A stretch of 59,218 bases of DNA, filler included, from Basidiobolus ranarum (taxonomy: Eukaryota), in assembly GCA_040143965.1 (NCBI GenBank). It is 10 parts of 10 records of this genome, joined end to end, with 100 filler letters (N's around TTAATTAATTAA, not from the genome) between each part and the next. Parts side by side here need not be neighbours in the genome. Positions count along the whole stretch, not along the records: positions 11,896 to 17,738 come from JASJQH010001487.1; positions 17,839 to 23,678 come from JASJQH010001488.1; positions 23,779 to 29,615 come from JASJQH010001489.1; 7 more parts are not named here. The stretch is one strand, 5' to 3'. Positions 11,896-26,203 of this stretch are shown here, piece after piece. Each line of letters opens with the position of its first letter. Position 1 is the first letter of the stretch. Under the pieces are notes generated by a model. The model saw nothing but the letters and a program-made list of their open reading frames with translations, did not search any database and was not told the DNA's origin. A program made the position numbers and the translations under genes.

Positions 11896-14800
11896 TCGGA
11901 ATCATTCCGCAAAAAGCTCCAACCACCATCCTGGAAGAACGCTGCTGTATCTTCGTTTATAGTCTTCATAATGGTGTTCCAATTGAGGTTGAGTGGACCT
12001 TCTGTAAAGGGTACATCCACTGAATCAAGCCATTCTTTAACATTATCCAGCTGTGTCATGGGGATGGTGTTGATGTGGAAAGGTTGTCTAGAGTAATCTT
12101 TGAACACAAACACAAGGTCAAAATTTTTCAGGCCAAATTGGACTCTCTCTAAATGAGCCAATTCGATATCCCCTAGAGTGATCACCAAAAATGGTGGATC
12201 AGAAAGATGAATCAACGCTTCGGTCGTGGGTTGGAGAAGCACATTCGTTCTGTATGGGACACCTTGGAAACCAAGCTCCCTGAAAGGAACATCCACTTCC
12301 ACACGTGATTCACTTAACTCGGCAATCTTTTCAGAGAACGATCTAAATTCTTTATTAAGCAAGGCACGGCGTCTACGTTCTTCTTGCTCGGCTTCTAGCT
12401 CGTCTTCGTCACCATAGTTATATCTGCGACGTCTATTTCCTGTCTCATCGAATTGGGCATCTGAGGCTTCACGATAGAATTGAACATCTTTGGTCTTCTT
12501 TTTTCCAATCATGATGGGATTCTTCAAATGGACGTGAAGAATAACAACTAACTCGTGGTCACAGGGTTGGAAGAAAAGATGCTTGATATTGCTAAAGAGC
12601 AAGTCAATTTTCTGCTCGTTTTTGAGCGGAGAAATATAGCGCAAACCGTTGACGTGGATTTCCAACTCGCCGGGTATTCTTTTACCATCCAGTACAGGTC
12701 TTGCGAACACGTCTGGTAATCTGAAGGGTCTTTTCCCCTTGACCTCAACAAGCTTATCCTGCTCGACGATGTCAGCCATCTCTTTCTTTTCAGCCTCTCG
12801 TTTGGCTAAGTGCTTCTTAAGATCCAAAATGTTCTTGTAGATTTCAGTCATACGATAAGTATCGGAGCTTCGGTACGTTAAGGCACGAACAAAGTTGGCA
12901 TTGGGGTCATCGAAAGGCATGTCTTCCTTTTTACCAACACCCTGGCCAGGAGTTAAGAAATTGAGACGAAGATAAACGTAATCTCCTTCATCATTTTTAC
13001 TGGCATTTTTTAGTGTCGAGATATGGAAAGGAACCGCCAAACCGTAGATTGGCAAGATGATACTTTCATTCTTATGATCCACGACAATTCTGAGTTCTTT
13101 AACCTCTTTTGGTAGAAGAGTTTCACGCTTGTAACTTTCGTATTTTTTGAACGCCACCTTCTTGGCATCTTGATTCTCCTCCCTACCCTCTGCAAACCTC
13201 GCTAAACCTTCCGCCTGTATTTGAACAGCAAGTTCTTTTTGATGATCTTTTCTTTTTTGCTCCGCACTTTCGTCGGTTTGCTCTTGACTTCTAAACTTAC
13301 TCTTCAAAATAGCAGAGTTTTTAGGTTGTTGCGGGGATGGTTCAGCTGCCTTTACTGCGCGCTCTTTCTTGACGACATCCTCACTCTCTTCCTCCTCAGC
13401 ATCATCTTTGAAGAAATAAGATACATCATTCAAGCTACTGCTGCACTCAGTGAGGACAACAGGTGAGGCATTAGTAACGCGCACTGTGTCGATCAAGAGC
13501 AACGAGTAAAGTTTACTTTTGTTGTCGCTAGCCTTTGGATTTTCGATATCCTGGAATCCAACTACAACAATAACAACCATGCCACTCTTGAGAACGCGAG
13601 TATTCTTTCCGTTAAGAATGTACGCTGATTCGCGGAACTCAATACCAGTAACGAAACCGCAATTCTTGACAAAATGACTTTCCAACTCTGGCCTTTTGGC
13701 CTTAATGTAAGATATAGCTTTCGAATAAACATCTCTTAGTTTCACTCCTTCTTTGATTGTATCCATGACTCGTCGCTGAAGATCAAGTAAGAACTCGTAA
13801 TTCTTCTCTTGTGTCTAGAATGGCAAAACGTCGATTTAGTTAGAAAATAGCTTTCGATAGCTTTGAATAGAGTCAACTAAGACGTACTTTGTTAGGATCG
13901 ATCAAAAATGTACGACCGATGTTGGAGCAATAAGACTTGTAACGGATACCAAGAGAGCAAATGATCGTGCCGGCATGTAGGTTTTCACTGTTGGAGACAG
14001 CAGAGGAACGTAAGTCATACGAACCACCACTTTGAACAATTGGAGAGTAACACCAATCAGCCAAGTCCAACTTTGCCTAAATTTGAAACGAACGAAAGAA
14101 AGGTTAGATTTAGTTTTACTCACAACGTATGCGAAGTCATAATATATCTTGGGAAATCTTACATCAGCTGGGAAACGAAGACGTTTGACTGCAGCGTCGT
14201 CCCAGATGGAATTTTCCGTTAATTCAGATAATTTATCGTGAGTAATTTGTTTTTCCTCATCGATAACTGATGACATTTCGTCAATGAAGAAGTTCTTCAT
14301 AATGAGAGAACTAAGCTTGCATGCCAATTTGGTGGTTTTCTAAATTCGAAGAATTAGTCAATATTTTTTTAGCTTCCATGATACGGAGGCGTTGTGAAAC
14401 TTACGATTTCCTCGTCTTCCTTCACTGCCAATGTAGTAGCAATACCAGCGCTAATGTCAACTTCCTCGAATGTGTTTGAACTACTCTTCAGAGCAGCTTT
14501 CCATTCGTCAACGAATTTTCCAGCGACTTTGTCCTTGGAGAAAACTCCGATACGTTTCTTTTAGAAAATAGGAGTTAAGAATAATGAACTCGAGGCTGGC
14601 GAGGCTTAAATATTTCAAGACAAAATTTGAAAAGTAAATATAAAATAAGGATACTCCTTCATTTGATTTGCTAATAATCTCAATAACATTCTCAAATAAC
14701 TTTCGATTGTGAGCCTCGTCCTTACTGCGTTTATGGATTTCAATTGGTACTTGGTTATTACCAAGCTTCAGCCCTTCAAGAAGGTTTCCTGAAGTAATAC

Positions 14801-15240
14801 CAACATTAGATAAAGGAGTCAAGACAGGTGTGGTGTATCATTTTTACAAACCTTTGCTTGCACTCGTGATGAAATGAATAGTGTCAGGAGTTATAAGGAT
14901 GAGGGTACTAGGAAATTCGTATCCAAGTAACCAGGTCTATACGCATCAATAAAGGTCAGCTGTTGCAGATCAAAATGACGAAAAATAGAATATACCTGTA
15001 AGGCAGTAGATTTCTGATACGGTATTTCTTCGTCTGCATTACCAGTTACTACCAAAATGCTGTCGATTTGTTCTAATGATTCATTTGTACCATTCTAAGA
15101 TGAAATAAAAGTACGGTGAGTCAGCTTAGCCAAACCCGAGATATCAGAACACGATTAACATCGAATCCCCCTACTTTCCAATAAGAGAGCAATTGCCGAG
15201 CCCTTCGATGAAATGTTCTCGCGTCCAGTTGAATACTCAT
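11896..15240 (-). CDS. SPT16: FACT complex subunit Spt16 (acidic C-terminus cut off by contig end; 7 introns in the 5' part)
   Basis: Starts [14 protein letters not shown]. Contains [95 protein letters not shown]. Confidence 0.97.
14558..14654 (-). other. U12-type (minor spliceosome) GT-AG intron in SPT16
   Basis: Donor GGA|GTATCCTTA, branch TTCTTAAC (14574-14581) about 16 nt from the AG. Removal gives in-frame SNEG-KRIGVF. Confidence 0.8.
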
Positions 15241-15778
15241 AATCTATTAAGTCGTAAGCGTTGCTAGAACAACCTAATAAAGTTAAACCAGCTAACAAAA
15301 TTTCACTGCGATTGAAAGGTGAATGTTTAGCAGAGATTTGTTTTTTTCTGATTTGTTATGAATTACAATGGATTTTATTCCGTAGTACTCATCTCATCTA
15401 CCGATTTCCAATTGAATCAATATTGAAAAATTCACTGTAAACAAATTGGCTTTTTGTTTGTTGTCACTAATCGAGTAATTTACGTTACAATCGAGGTAAC
15501 TGATTCTCTTTGTTTACTGAGGAAAAATCATGGAGTAAACTGTTGTTTCGAGAATTAACAAGATCACTAGAGTCAAGTGTATTTTAACTTTATTACATTT
15601 CACAAAAACCAATGGGGATGACGAAAATCACGGTTGGGATGGTGCGGATAATGAAATGGGTGAAAGCCGAGCTACTTAAAGGAGACCGCATTGGAAACAC
15701 TTCAATGGTGTAAATAACACACTTTGTCATCTATTTATTACAGGCTTTGGGTTCTAATGTTACAAAGGAAGAGTCGAC

Positions 15779-17305
<1,527 letters not shown>

Positions 17306-17838
17306 TTATAGTGTGTATGTGAAAATAAACTCAAATTCTATAGACAAAGAAAGTGAACTAGATGAACGACTTTCGACAAGAATGATAATTAGTGTTTGGG
17401 TTTTGTGTGGATCCCTATAAACAATAAATCAACAAATTGAAAAGATAAAAAAAATCCACTTTTTTTTTTCGAATAAAATTTCCAAATAAATGGTCATCTT
17501 TGCACCTGAATGGAATATTTTAACTAGCTTTTAGGAGCTTAGTGAATTACGTTCCCATCATGTGATTTATCGTGAATTTAAAATAAAATCAATTTATATA
17601 TATGCAGTAGCAGGGGCAGATGATGTCGTCACCCATAGAATCATGTATGTGATAGGAGGGAAATTGTTGGGAATGCCTGACGCTTCTATTAACTATCAAA
17701 CTTTGTCTACTGTTGTTTGAGTAGTTAACAAGTATGAGNNNNNNNNNNNNNNNNNNNNNNNNNNNNNNNNNNNNNNNNNNNNTTAATTAATTAANNNNNN
17801 NNNNNNNNNNNNNNNNNNNNNNNNNNNNNNNNNNNNNN

Positions 17839-18600
17839 TTATTCGATATCGGAATTTACTTAGAAGTTTGAAGATATATAGATTTTGATAACTTGTGCTA
17901 GAAGCCCCAAACCTTGCACACATGTTTCTGGGACCTTTCTTAACACACTCTACACGTTTGTCTGCTTACATCTTAATGAAACTATAAATGTCAGCTTTCA
18001 ACTCAATAAATCAATAAGTGAAAACCACCAATTTCTCCAGTTATCCAAACCACTTCCAACAGGCTCCCAAAATACTTTAACAAACTGAACACTTATTCTC
18101 TGATGAAGTAGTTTGGGGAATTAGAGGAATCTATGGTCTCACTTATTGATTTATTGGGCAGAAAGTCAACATAAAATATTCCAAGTATTATCGGATTAAA
18201 AATAGCGAGTGATAATTTTAGATCAATATGGAATAGCTAAGTACTAAGCTATACATGACTATATAAATGTTTGAGCTATGCTAATTTCGATAGCATTTTG
18301 GGAGTTGTTGGAAGTGATTTGGAGAACTAAAAGAATTGGTGGTTTTCACTTACTGATTTATTGAATGCAAGTTGACATTTATACTTTTGTCAAGAAGTAG
18401 ATAAAACAGCATGTAGAATATGTTTACAAAATCTCAGGAATACGTGTACAAAGTTTGGGGTCTCTTAGACAAGTGTGAGAAAATCATATAATCTGAGAAC
18501 TTTGGTAAATTCCTCATGAAGATATTGAATAATAACATAGTGAAATTTAGGTAGCTAACTATATGACTATGTATATGCTTAAGCTCTGTCATTTTCAACA
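17839..18600. repeat. Cluster of the AT-rich repeat: forward copy ~17839-18080, reverse fragments ~18100-18290 and ~18290-18600
   Basis: AATAAGTGAAAACCACCAATT...CCAAACCACTTCCAACAGGCTCCCAAAAT occurs forward, and its reverse complement TTGGGAGTTGTTGGAAGTG...AATTGGTGGTTTTCACTT follows within ~250 nt. Confidence 0.85.
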
Positions 18601-20050
18601 AATTCAAGATATGACTTTACTTCAAAATAACTAAAGTTCCCCAATATTTCTTTCAGCTTTCTAGCAACATATTCCTTTTATGCTTATAAATCTTATATTT
18701 CTTTGATTTTCCAAAACACTTGCAATTTACTCCAATATTTTCAATATTTTTCACCTATCCAGTTATATTCCACTCTACCTTAACAAGTTCGAGCAATAAA
18801 GGACCTGTTGGAGATTACTGGAGGAACGAGGGAATTATGCCAAATATTCCTATTAATTTCTAAATTGAATGTACTCTATTGATGATTAAAATCCTGGGTA
18901 GCAATTACCTAGTAGTTCAAGAAATGGATTACTATACGAGATAGTTGTCTGGATGCATTTGGTAGCGCATGAGGGAGTTTAGCTTGAATAACTAACTGAT
19001 GGCTGAGATATAGACATGTAAAAAGTAAATCAGTTATGAACACCTGTGTACGTTCTCATCGCCATGTTTGAGTGGATTTTCTTGTAATATTTTATCGTTT
19101 TCTTCAATAGAAAGTGGGAGCTTTGATATTGGCCGTAACCTCTTTGCATAATAATATTCATCTGAGTTATTCAACAATTAAGAAAACTTTGAAATCGACT
19201 AGTGATTGAGTACCCAAGATGTTCTATATTGATATGAACCATAGCGGGACATATTGAACATTCACAATTGTATCAATAAAAGTTTAATTTTCATATATCT
19301 GGGCTTGCAACATTCACTTGCGTTTTTGAAACTAAATATGGTCAAGGAATATTGAATCTCTATTAAACTATTGTATGCCTTTCTCACTTTGTCATTAGGT
19401 AGATTCTGGACAGAAAAAAATAACAACATAAGCAAAATCGAATCTTTTTTCAAATGGTTGTATGAGTTACACCATATCGCATTGTATATCTAGACATCGC
19501 TTTCGATTTCTTTCAATTTTACCTCAATAGAAATCTAGTGGTCATTACTACAACTCAACTGGGTGAATGGCAACGCCCTGAATTCAATATCGGTTTACAT
19601 TGCAATTGATTATAATGAGTGGTTGATATGGGCATATGAATTCTTTGGTTAGAATAATTTACTCCATATTTGATCTAATGTCATACTTCATTTGAAAATA
19701 CCCTGATTCCCATATAATTTATGCTATTTGACACACGATTAGGTTAATATGTATTTAATTAAGTGGGAAATATATGGGAATCGCTTAAACAAATTCCCCT
19801 TTTTTCTAGCAAAATAAAGTCTCCTAATAATGAAGATGGAATTTCATCCAAGAGTGTATTCAATTTCACCAACGTAAGAGAGTGAGAAAAGGGTTTCTTG
19901 TATTAATTCCAAGTGAGATTCATGGTAGTTACTAAAGCATAAAGTATGATGGAGCAAAGAGGATCCACTTTTGAGTGATGAAAGTGAGAAAAATAATTCT
20001 CAAGGTGTGGGTGGAAAGTGGATTGAATATTATTTATCGCCGTGAATAAT

Positions 20051-20934
20051 TTAAGAGAATTCAGAGGCTTTTCCAGACTATAATTACGAAAATATTGTTA
20101 GAATAAGTAACTTGAGTCGTTCAATAAATGGTTCGAAAAACTTACAGTCAATAGACCAACAATTAAACCAAATAGACCCAAGACAGAACCGAAAATCTCG
20201 ACAACGAGAATTTTGACGAAGAGTTGAGGATCTTGGGCATCAGCCAAAGCGGCACTAGAACCAGTGATTCCAACGCAAATACCACAGAAGAAGTTACAGA
20301 AACCAACTGTAAGACCGGCCCAGAATAGGGAGAAACCTATTAAATGAGGAATATTTAAGGATACTTTGGTTCTTTTGTGTAGTTATACTTGAGATAATCT
20401 TACCGGTATAATAGTGACTGGCGGTGAATCCATCAGAGCTAGTAGTACCAAGTTTGGCGGAGAAGACAATGGCCATAATTACTCCGTAGATGGCTACAAC
20501 TTCACAGAAAATAATACTATTGAAGAGTAACTTTAAAAGTGTGTTGTTAAGAAACGGACTTTCAATTCCCCTTACCTAATCAAGTTCTTGGTCTTAATTC
20601 TAGGAGTTCTGACAGCACCACCAAGAATGGAAGCGCCAGTAACAAGGATACCCCTTTAACAAAAAGATTAGAACAGATCCCTTCGATAGCATCAAGGAGA
20701 GTAAAAAACATCCAAAGTAAACAAAAATTACCAAGCAGCACCAACGACCGACATACCGATGCAGAGAGAAATACCCAATAATGCCCACATGTAAGGTGAA
20801 GTTTCTAGAAGGAATAATCCAAAGTTGAATGCTTCACCATTACCAGTGAATAATAGCCACAAAGCATAGACGATAGCTAGGAATATGATGAGGTAGATGA
20901 TGAGTTTCGACACATAACTGGAATAGTAATTCAT
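20051..20934 (-). CDS. VMA16: V-type ATPase proteolipid subunit c'' (4 exons)
   Basis: [110 protein letters not shown], ends SGKASEFS*. Confidence 0.95.
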
Positions 20935-23540
20935 CTTGACAGTCGCACAGAAGAAAAGGTCGAAGAGAAGAAAAGAAACAATGAAGGAGGGAGAACCAAA
21001 AGAGACCACTAATTATGTGCTTGAGAGTAAATGTTAATTCCCGATCACATTCATATGGTGGGGATTCAATTTCACACATTTGAAGTTAATCATGGGTTAC
21101 TTCAAGAGGCGTTTATTCATAATTGACGTTTTAGGATAAATACTGGAATCTTCGATAATTATTCATTAATTAGCTTCTTAATATAATCATTTATTGCAGA
21201 ATAGCCACTAATTGGTATGGGAATGGAAATCATCGATTCATGAATTGCCACACTGTACGATATTTGTTTTCGGATCAATATATATAAATGATCCAATCAA
21301 TAGTCATATTTGATAGAATCTAGGAAGGAAATCTATGAAGAGTACCTTGTAAGAGTGTAGCCGCCTGCCAAAGAAAGACAGGTGCCAAATTCCACTCAAG
21401 ACACCAATCAGTCGAAGGCAATCAGCATGTTGAGGCTCCTCTTTATAGCCACTGGCCAACCTTAAATTCCTGGTTGTTCACTCTTGTCGACGTCTTTGTC
21501 TTGTTCAAACCAACTGGGTACAAGCAGTACGGGCATTTCAGCACCGGCTAGTGTTTGTGGATCTTCCACATTTGTATACATTAGCCATGCCGTATAGAAT
21601 AAGCTTCAATTGCAAGGTGAGGATGCAGTAAAAAGAAAGTTCCGCACTGAAGAGTATGTATTGGCGATGGGCCAATGAAGTCCAGAGGGAAATCGGAGTG
21701 TACTAGAGTATGTATCCGAGGGACAAATCACTCCAGCTCAGAGATGTAGCAAGCCATGTTACCAGCGAATAGGTGCTGGATAGTGGACAAATGCTATACA
21801 TGGATTGAATAAAGCTGGTTTCAAAGCTTCCAGAAACTCGATAATTTCCATATTTATACCGAGTATGAGATCCATGTTACTGTTTAGGTAATTTGATGTT
21901 TAAGGCCGTTAAGCTTCGTGATCCCCAAAGTTCCATCCGCCTGTGTTCCCTTGTTCTGTCATCTCTTTCGTAGATCGTATCTGTACAGGGAGTGCATAAT
22001 TTGTGTCATCTCCTGCCTAGCTCTAACATGTAGATCCGTCATCAATCAAAATAAGTGCACAGGGACCTGCATGTAATTCCATCCATCATCCATATAGAAG
22101 ATGAAATCCGTTCCATTTCCCCAAGAAAATTTCCTTCTGAAACACTCAACCAGCGATGATAATAGCGATCATTGCTAGGACATTCACATCAGTACTTTCT
22201 CTGAATTCTCGGTAAATTTTTACTTTGAACAGCGAATCCCTCCGTTTAACAGTAGCTACGCTATACGTGATGAAGCTTGTGTATCAAGAGGCGCTAATTG
22301 CTGCGAGGATGGTTGGCCTACAACTCCGTTATCCAAGACTGAAGAAATCGTTGACTCGTACCCCTGACTGACTGATAAGATTAAACATCTAATTTTTGAT
22401 TGTTTAAATTGGAGCTATTTGAGGTGAATCTAACCTGAATTGCCTGTCTACTAAGCCATCTCCATTGACAGCATCCCAAGTTTCCATATGATTCAGTCTA
22501 TGGCTGTTGGTTCTAGATTTCCGACCACTAAGTGGTCATCCTAAACATCTCAAATCCGGTAGAGGTGCTGGAGGTCTGAGCTAGTTCATATACAACAATT
22601 ATATATCTATTTGCTCCGGAGATTCCCAGAATTTAACTACTACTGAGAGTAAATGTGGGAAGTTCATGCTCTTTCTGGTCCCATATTGAGTACACCGTTC
22701 ATAAGAGAGTTTCCTATCTCGTGTGACTGCAAATTATGTATCTACTCTACTGTATATCAAATCTATGAGATATGGCTGGTTCTATCTTTGCTGGCCAAAT
22801 ATTCATTCAGCGCAGATCCCAGATATGTTAACAATGAATTCAGGTATTTCATCAGAGTGTATTTTCACTATAGCAATACTTACCAGTAATGTTCAAAGGC
22901 GATTGCAATTGTTGAAATATTAGAATTAAGCGCCCAACTACTTATATATCACGTTTAGCATATTCAATGTTTATTTAGCTGATATTTCTTAAGTCTAAAT
23001 CGTCACATATTTTGGATAATGTATTTGACAAATGTCAGAAATGTTGAGAAAAGATAAAATTTTCCAAACTCTTCCAAAACTTCACAACTTTAACCCCAAC
23101 TTCCTGAACACCCTTGAAGCATCTCTCTGTCATTAATTTCTTCACCTTTAACATAAGTAAAAATACTTATTTTCGATTCTGTAAAACATATTTCTTCTAA
23201 TTATCCTAAACACTCCCAATTCATTCCGAATACTCGCAGCAGCAATAATATGAAATACAACCATAAGATCAACTTGCATTTACTCCGTATCAATCCTGGC
23301 TCACTACAAACATTCTGTGCTCCCCATAGCCTTCGTGTAATGACTGATAAATAGAAATCGATGAATAAGAATGTAAAGTCATCATGTCCCAACAGCAGAG
23401 AAGACTGATAAACCAACATAGGCTCTTAAGAGTGTGATTGCAGTACATTCAAACTTAAACGCATTGAAGCATATTCCTTTAATATATTAGATCAATGATA
23501 AGAACCAAAAGGTCCCAAAGTATACTCTCACTCCACTCAA

Positions 23541-23678
23541 CTGTTTAAGTATTTGGGAGCCTGTTGGAAGTGGTTTGGAGAATTAGAGGAATTGGTGGTT
23601 TTCACTTATTGATTTATTGAGTAGAAAGTTGACATTTATAGTTTTTTCAAGATATAAGCAAACTAACATGTAGAATGT
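23541..23678 (-). repeat. Dispersed AT-rich repeat family copy at contig end
   Basis: Reverse complement matches ~17950-18080 and 30730-30860. Confidence 0.88.
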
Positions 23679-24595
23679 NNNNNNNNNNNNNNNNNNNNNN
23701 NNNNNNNNNNNNNNNNNNNNNNTTAATTAATTAANNNNNNNNNNNNNNNNNNNNNNNNNNNNNNNNNNNNNNNNNNNNCACTGAGAGACTTAGTAGCAGC
23801 TATTGAATGCAAGACAGTTATTGCTTGTCCAACCTTACTTGTGATAGCAAATATTCATAAGCCAGATGGATTTTGGAAGTATCTCAAAGAAAATGAAAAA
23901 CATGCCCCTGGTATTCAAGTTCCTCTCTCAATAGCTATGGCTGAGAGAAAATTAAAGAACATCTCAAGAGTCTCTAGCAAAAGAGATAGAGTAGGACAAA
24001 TAGCAGCAGCTATAGACACTCTTATAGTCATGCAGATGTATCTTTATATATCAAAGATACATTCTTTGCCTTTCAGGCAATCAGGTGGCATATGAATACA
24101 CTTTGTACAGGATCCAGATGCCCCAAGTGTCAGCAATATTCCTAATTTAATCATGCTGAAAAGTGCTTTGCTTCAAGGATACTGATGCTCTTTTTCAGTT
24201 CCATAGTCAAAAAGCACTAAAGTTAAGGCTGGCAGCTTTAATTTTGACCATCAGACCTGAGTTGTTATAAATATTATATTGAAGTGTAAGTTGTATAAAT
24301 CTATGAATTTCCCTTTCGATATCAAGTAGTTTTCATGCAATTGACCAAATTTTGGTACATATATCCCCACAAGATTAATAGTTCTTTCCCTATATTAAAT
24401 TTGAAGCACAATCTGATATTCCCAACAAAGATTTTGAAAGCCTAACCCTAAGCCTGTAAACGTAAATAATGGCAAAAGATTGTGGCGAAACCACTAATTA
24501 GAGACCACATATGTCACTTGCACATTCAATATTTATTCATTTGTTATGTCAACAAAATAATTCACTTCATGTGCTACCACTTATAAAAGCATGAT

Positions 24596-24784
24596 TTATG
24601 GGAGACAAGCATTATAGTGGCAACATCTGTTTTGATCAACACACCACTCGACGCAGCAAGCAAGAGGCTTAACAGTGTTACCACTGCTAGAACTTTTAAC
24701 CTCGGCAGGAATCGGATTAGCCTCCACAGTTAAGGTTACCAAAGCGACCAAAGTTACGAGAAGAGTAGCGACAGAGAGTTTCAT
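24596..24784 (-). CDS. Small secreted cysteine-rich peptide, 62 aa (signal + short spacer + 6-Cys domain)
   Basis: Signal peptide MKLSVATLLVTLVALVTLTVEA|NPIP, C-terminus ACCVEWCVDQNRCCHYNACLP. TATAAAA lies ~65 nt upstream (24849-24855) and the start context is AAAGATG. Confidence 0.8.
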   Translation of the reverse strand: MKLSVATLLVTLVALVTLTVEANPIPAEVKSSSSGNTVKPLACCVEWCVDQNRCCHYNACLP

Positions 24785-25170
24785 CTTTGAGAAGACAGAC
24801 TGAGAGAAGATACAAATTTGATGTATTTAAGACTACTGGATGGTGATCTTTTATAATCATTGGTAGTCTTTGGGCTGTATGTATGTTACCGTGAGAAGGC
24901 CACCAACTAGCTGTAGGTTTGATCTTGGTCATGTGTTATCTCATTTGTAGAGTTGAAAAGGCTATCAGCAGGTTCTTAGTACTCCAATGTAACTTCTTGC
25001 TATAGGAAATTAGGAAATCAGTATACATCAAAAGTATTGATGGGCGCTGTGCGATCAGAAGATATCATGCAGTTGACGATTCAGGGAATTTGAAAGGTTG
25101 TCAACTAGTTTTTGGTACTTCAAATGAATTTGTTCTCACACTGTAAAAGTATACATCCATAGTAGTATTG

Positions 25171-25277
25171 AGTGAGTAGAAGCAGTAAACTAGTCTCGTA
25201 TACAGTGAGTAGAAGCAGTAAACTAGTCTTGTATAGAGTGAGTAGAAGCAGTAAACCAGTCTCGTATAGAGTGAGTA
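25171..25277. repeat. 33-bp minisatellite, ~3.2 copies
   Basis: AGTGAGTAGAAGCAGTAAACTAGTCTCGTATA(C/G) units start at 25171, 25204, 25237 and 25270 (partial). No unique spacers. Confidence 0.95.
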
Positions 25278-25342
25278 AAACACATTCAAATCTATACCTA
25301 GCATCTCCTATATACATATATCCTGTTATTATAGCCTCACAC

Positions 25343-25698
25343 AATGTACCACTCATCAAATAGCTATATCTCTGGCTACTGCTTCTCTTCTTTGTACTCT
25401 TGATGGTCCAAGAGGTGACAAGATGAGGTAAGGAGACCAGTTATTCAACAAAATAATTTGCTATATAACCTTATCTTTAAAAACAAATGTCCCCACAATG
25501 TCGGGTTGGCCACCTTATTGCAACGACTCTTCCAATGAATGGTGGCCTGGTGAAACATGCACTATTACTGTTGAGGATCAATTTTGGGGTTGTGCCGAGT
25601 GTGACATCAATAACAAAGTGATGAATACCGAAATTGGCAGTGTCACTGGTAACTGTGGTTCAGGTGAAGAGTTCAAGGGAAGAATGCTCTCAAATTAG
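25343..25698 (+). pseudogene. Possible decayed secreted Cys/Trp-rich protein gene
   Basis: Signal-like HQIAISLATASLLCTL is out of frame with the nearby ATG. A GTAAG donor at ~25428 has no clear acceptor, then GWPPYCNDSSNEWWPGETCTITVEDQFWGCAECD...NC follows. Confidence 0.3.
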
Positions 25699-26027
25699 TT
25701 TGTGACACTAACGTTTCCTTGGTTGAAGTTACATTCAATAACAGTAATAATCTTAATTACCGTGATGTATCACTTGAAGATAGTCAGAATTTGGTTATTG
25801 CCATCTAAGCTCATTCCAAAGTCAATTTGAATGTGGTAGCCCAACTGCTGATCGAAATGCTCAGATAGATATTGATGATGTGTCTTGAACCTATCGAACT
25901 TAATCTTCTATAAAAAAAGTTGGACGATCAGGGCTTTCTCTAGGTTTTGGGTAATAGAAGTATATAGTGACTAATGTTGGGTTTTTCCTAAAAAAGCCAG
26001 CACAACTCCAGACGTAAACAATATACC

Positions 26028-26203
26028 ACGTTATGTAGAGCAACGTTATGTAGAGCAACGTTATGTAGAGCAACGTTATGTAGAGCAACGTTATGTAGAG
26101 CAACGTTATGTAGAGGAGCAACGTTATGTAGAGCAACGTTATGTAGAGCAACGTTATGTAGAGCAACGTTATGTAGAGCAACGTTATGTAGAGCAACGTT
26201 ATG
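26028..26203. repeat. 15-bp minisatellite (ACGTTATGTAGAGCA) x11 plus a partial unit
   Basis: Perfect units except the sixth, which has a 3-nt GAG insertion. A degenerate 15-bp-period array (TGAGAATATT...) follows at ~26242-26290. Confidence 0.98.

Noticed and set aside
12270-12300. AGG-to-Met genetic code change suggested by the Met-like tRNA(CCT)
   Set aside because: AGG occupies the conserved Arg of Spt16 PFRELGF here and of Vps13 RPDSF (~6769).
20640-20655. GTATCCTT U12-like donor in VMA16
   Set aside because: It lies in exon sequence encoding the conserved W-G-I-L-V-T-G.
25171-25277. 33-bp repeats as a CRISPR array
   Set aside because: Head-to-tail units with no unique spacers, no cas genes, eukaryotic context.
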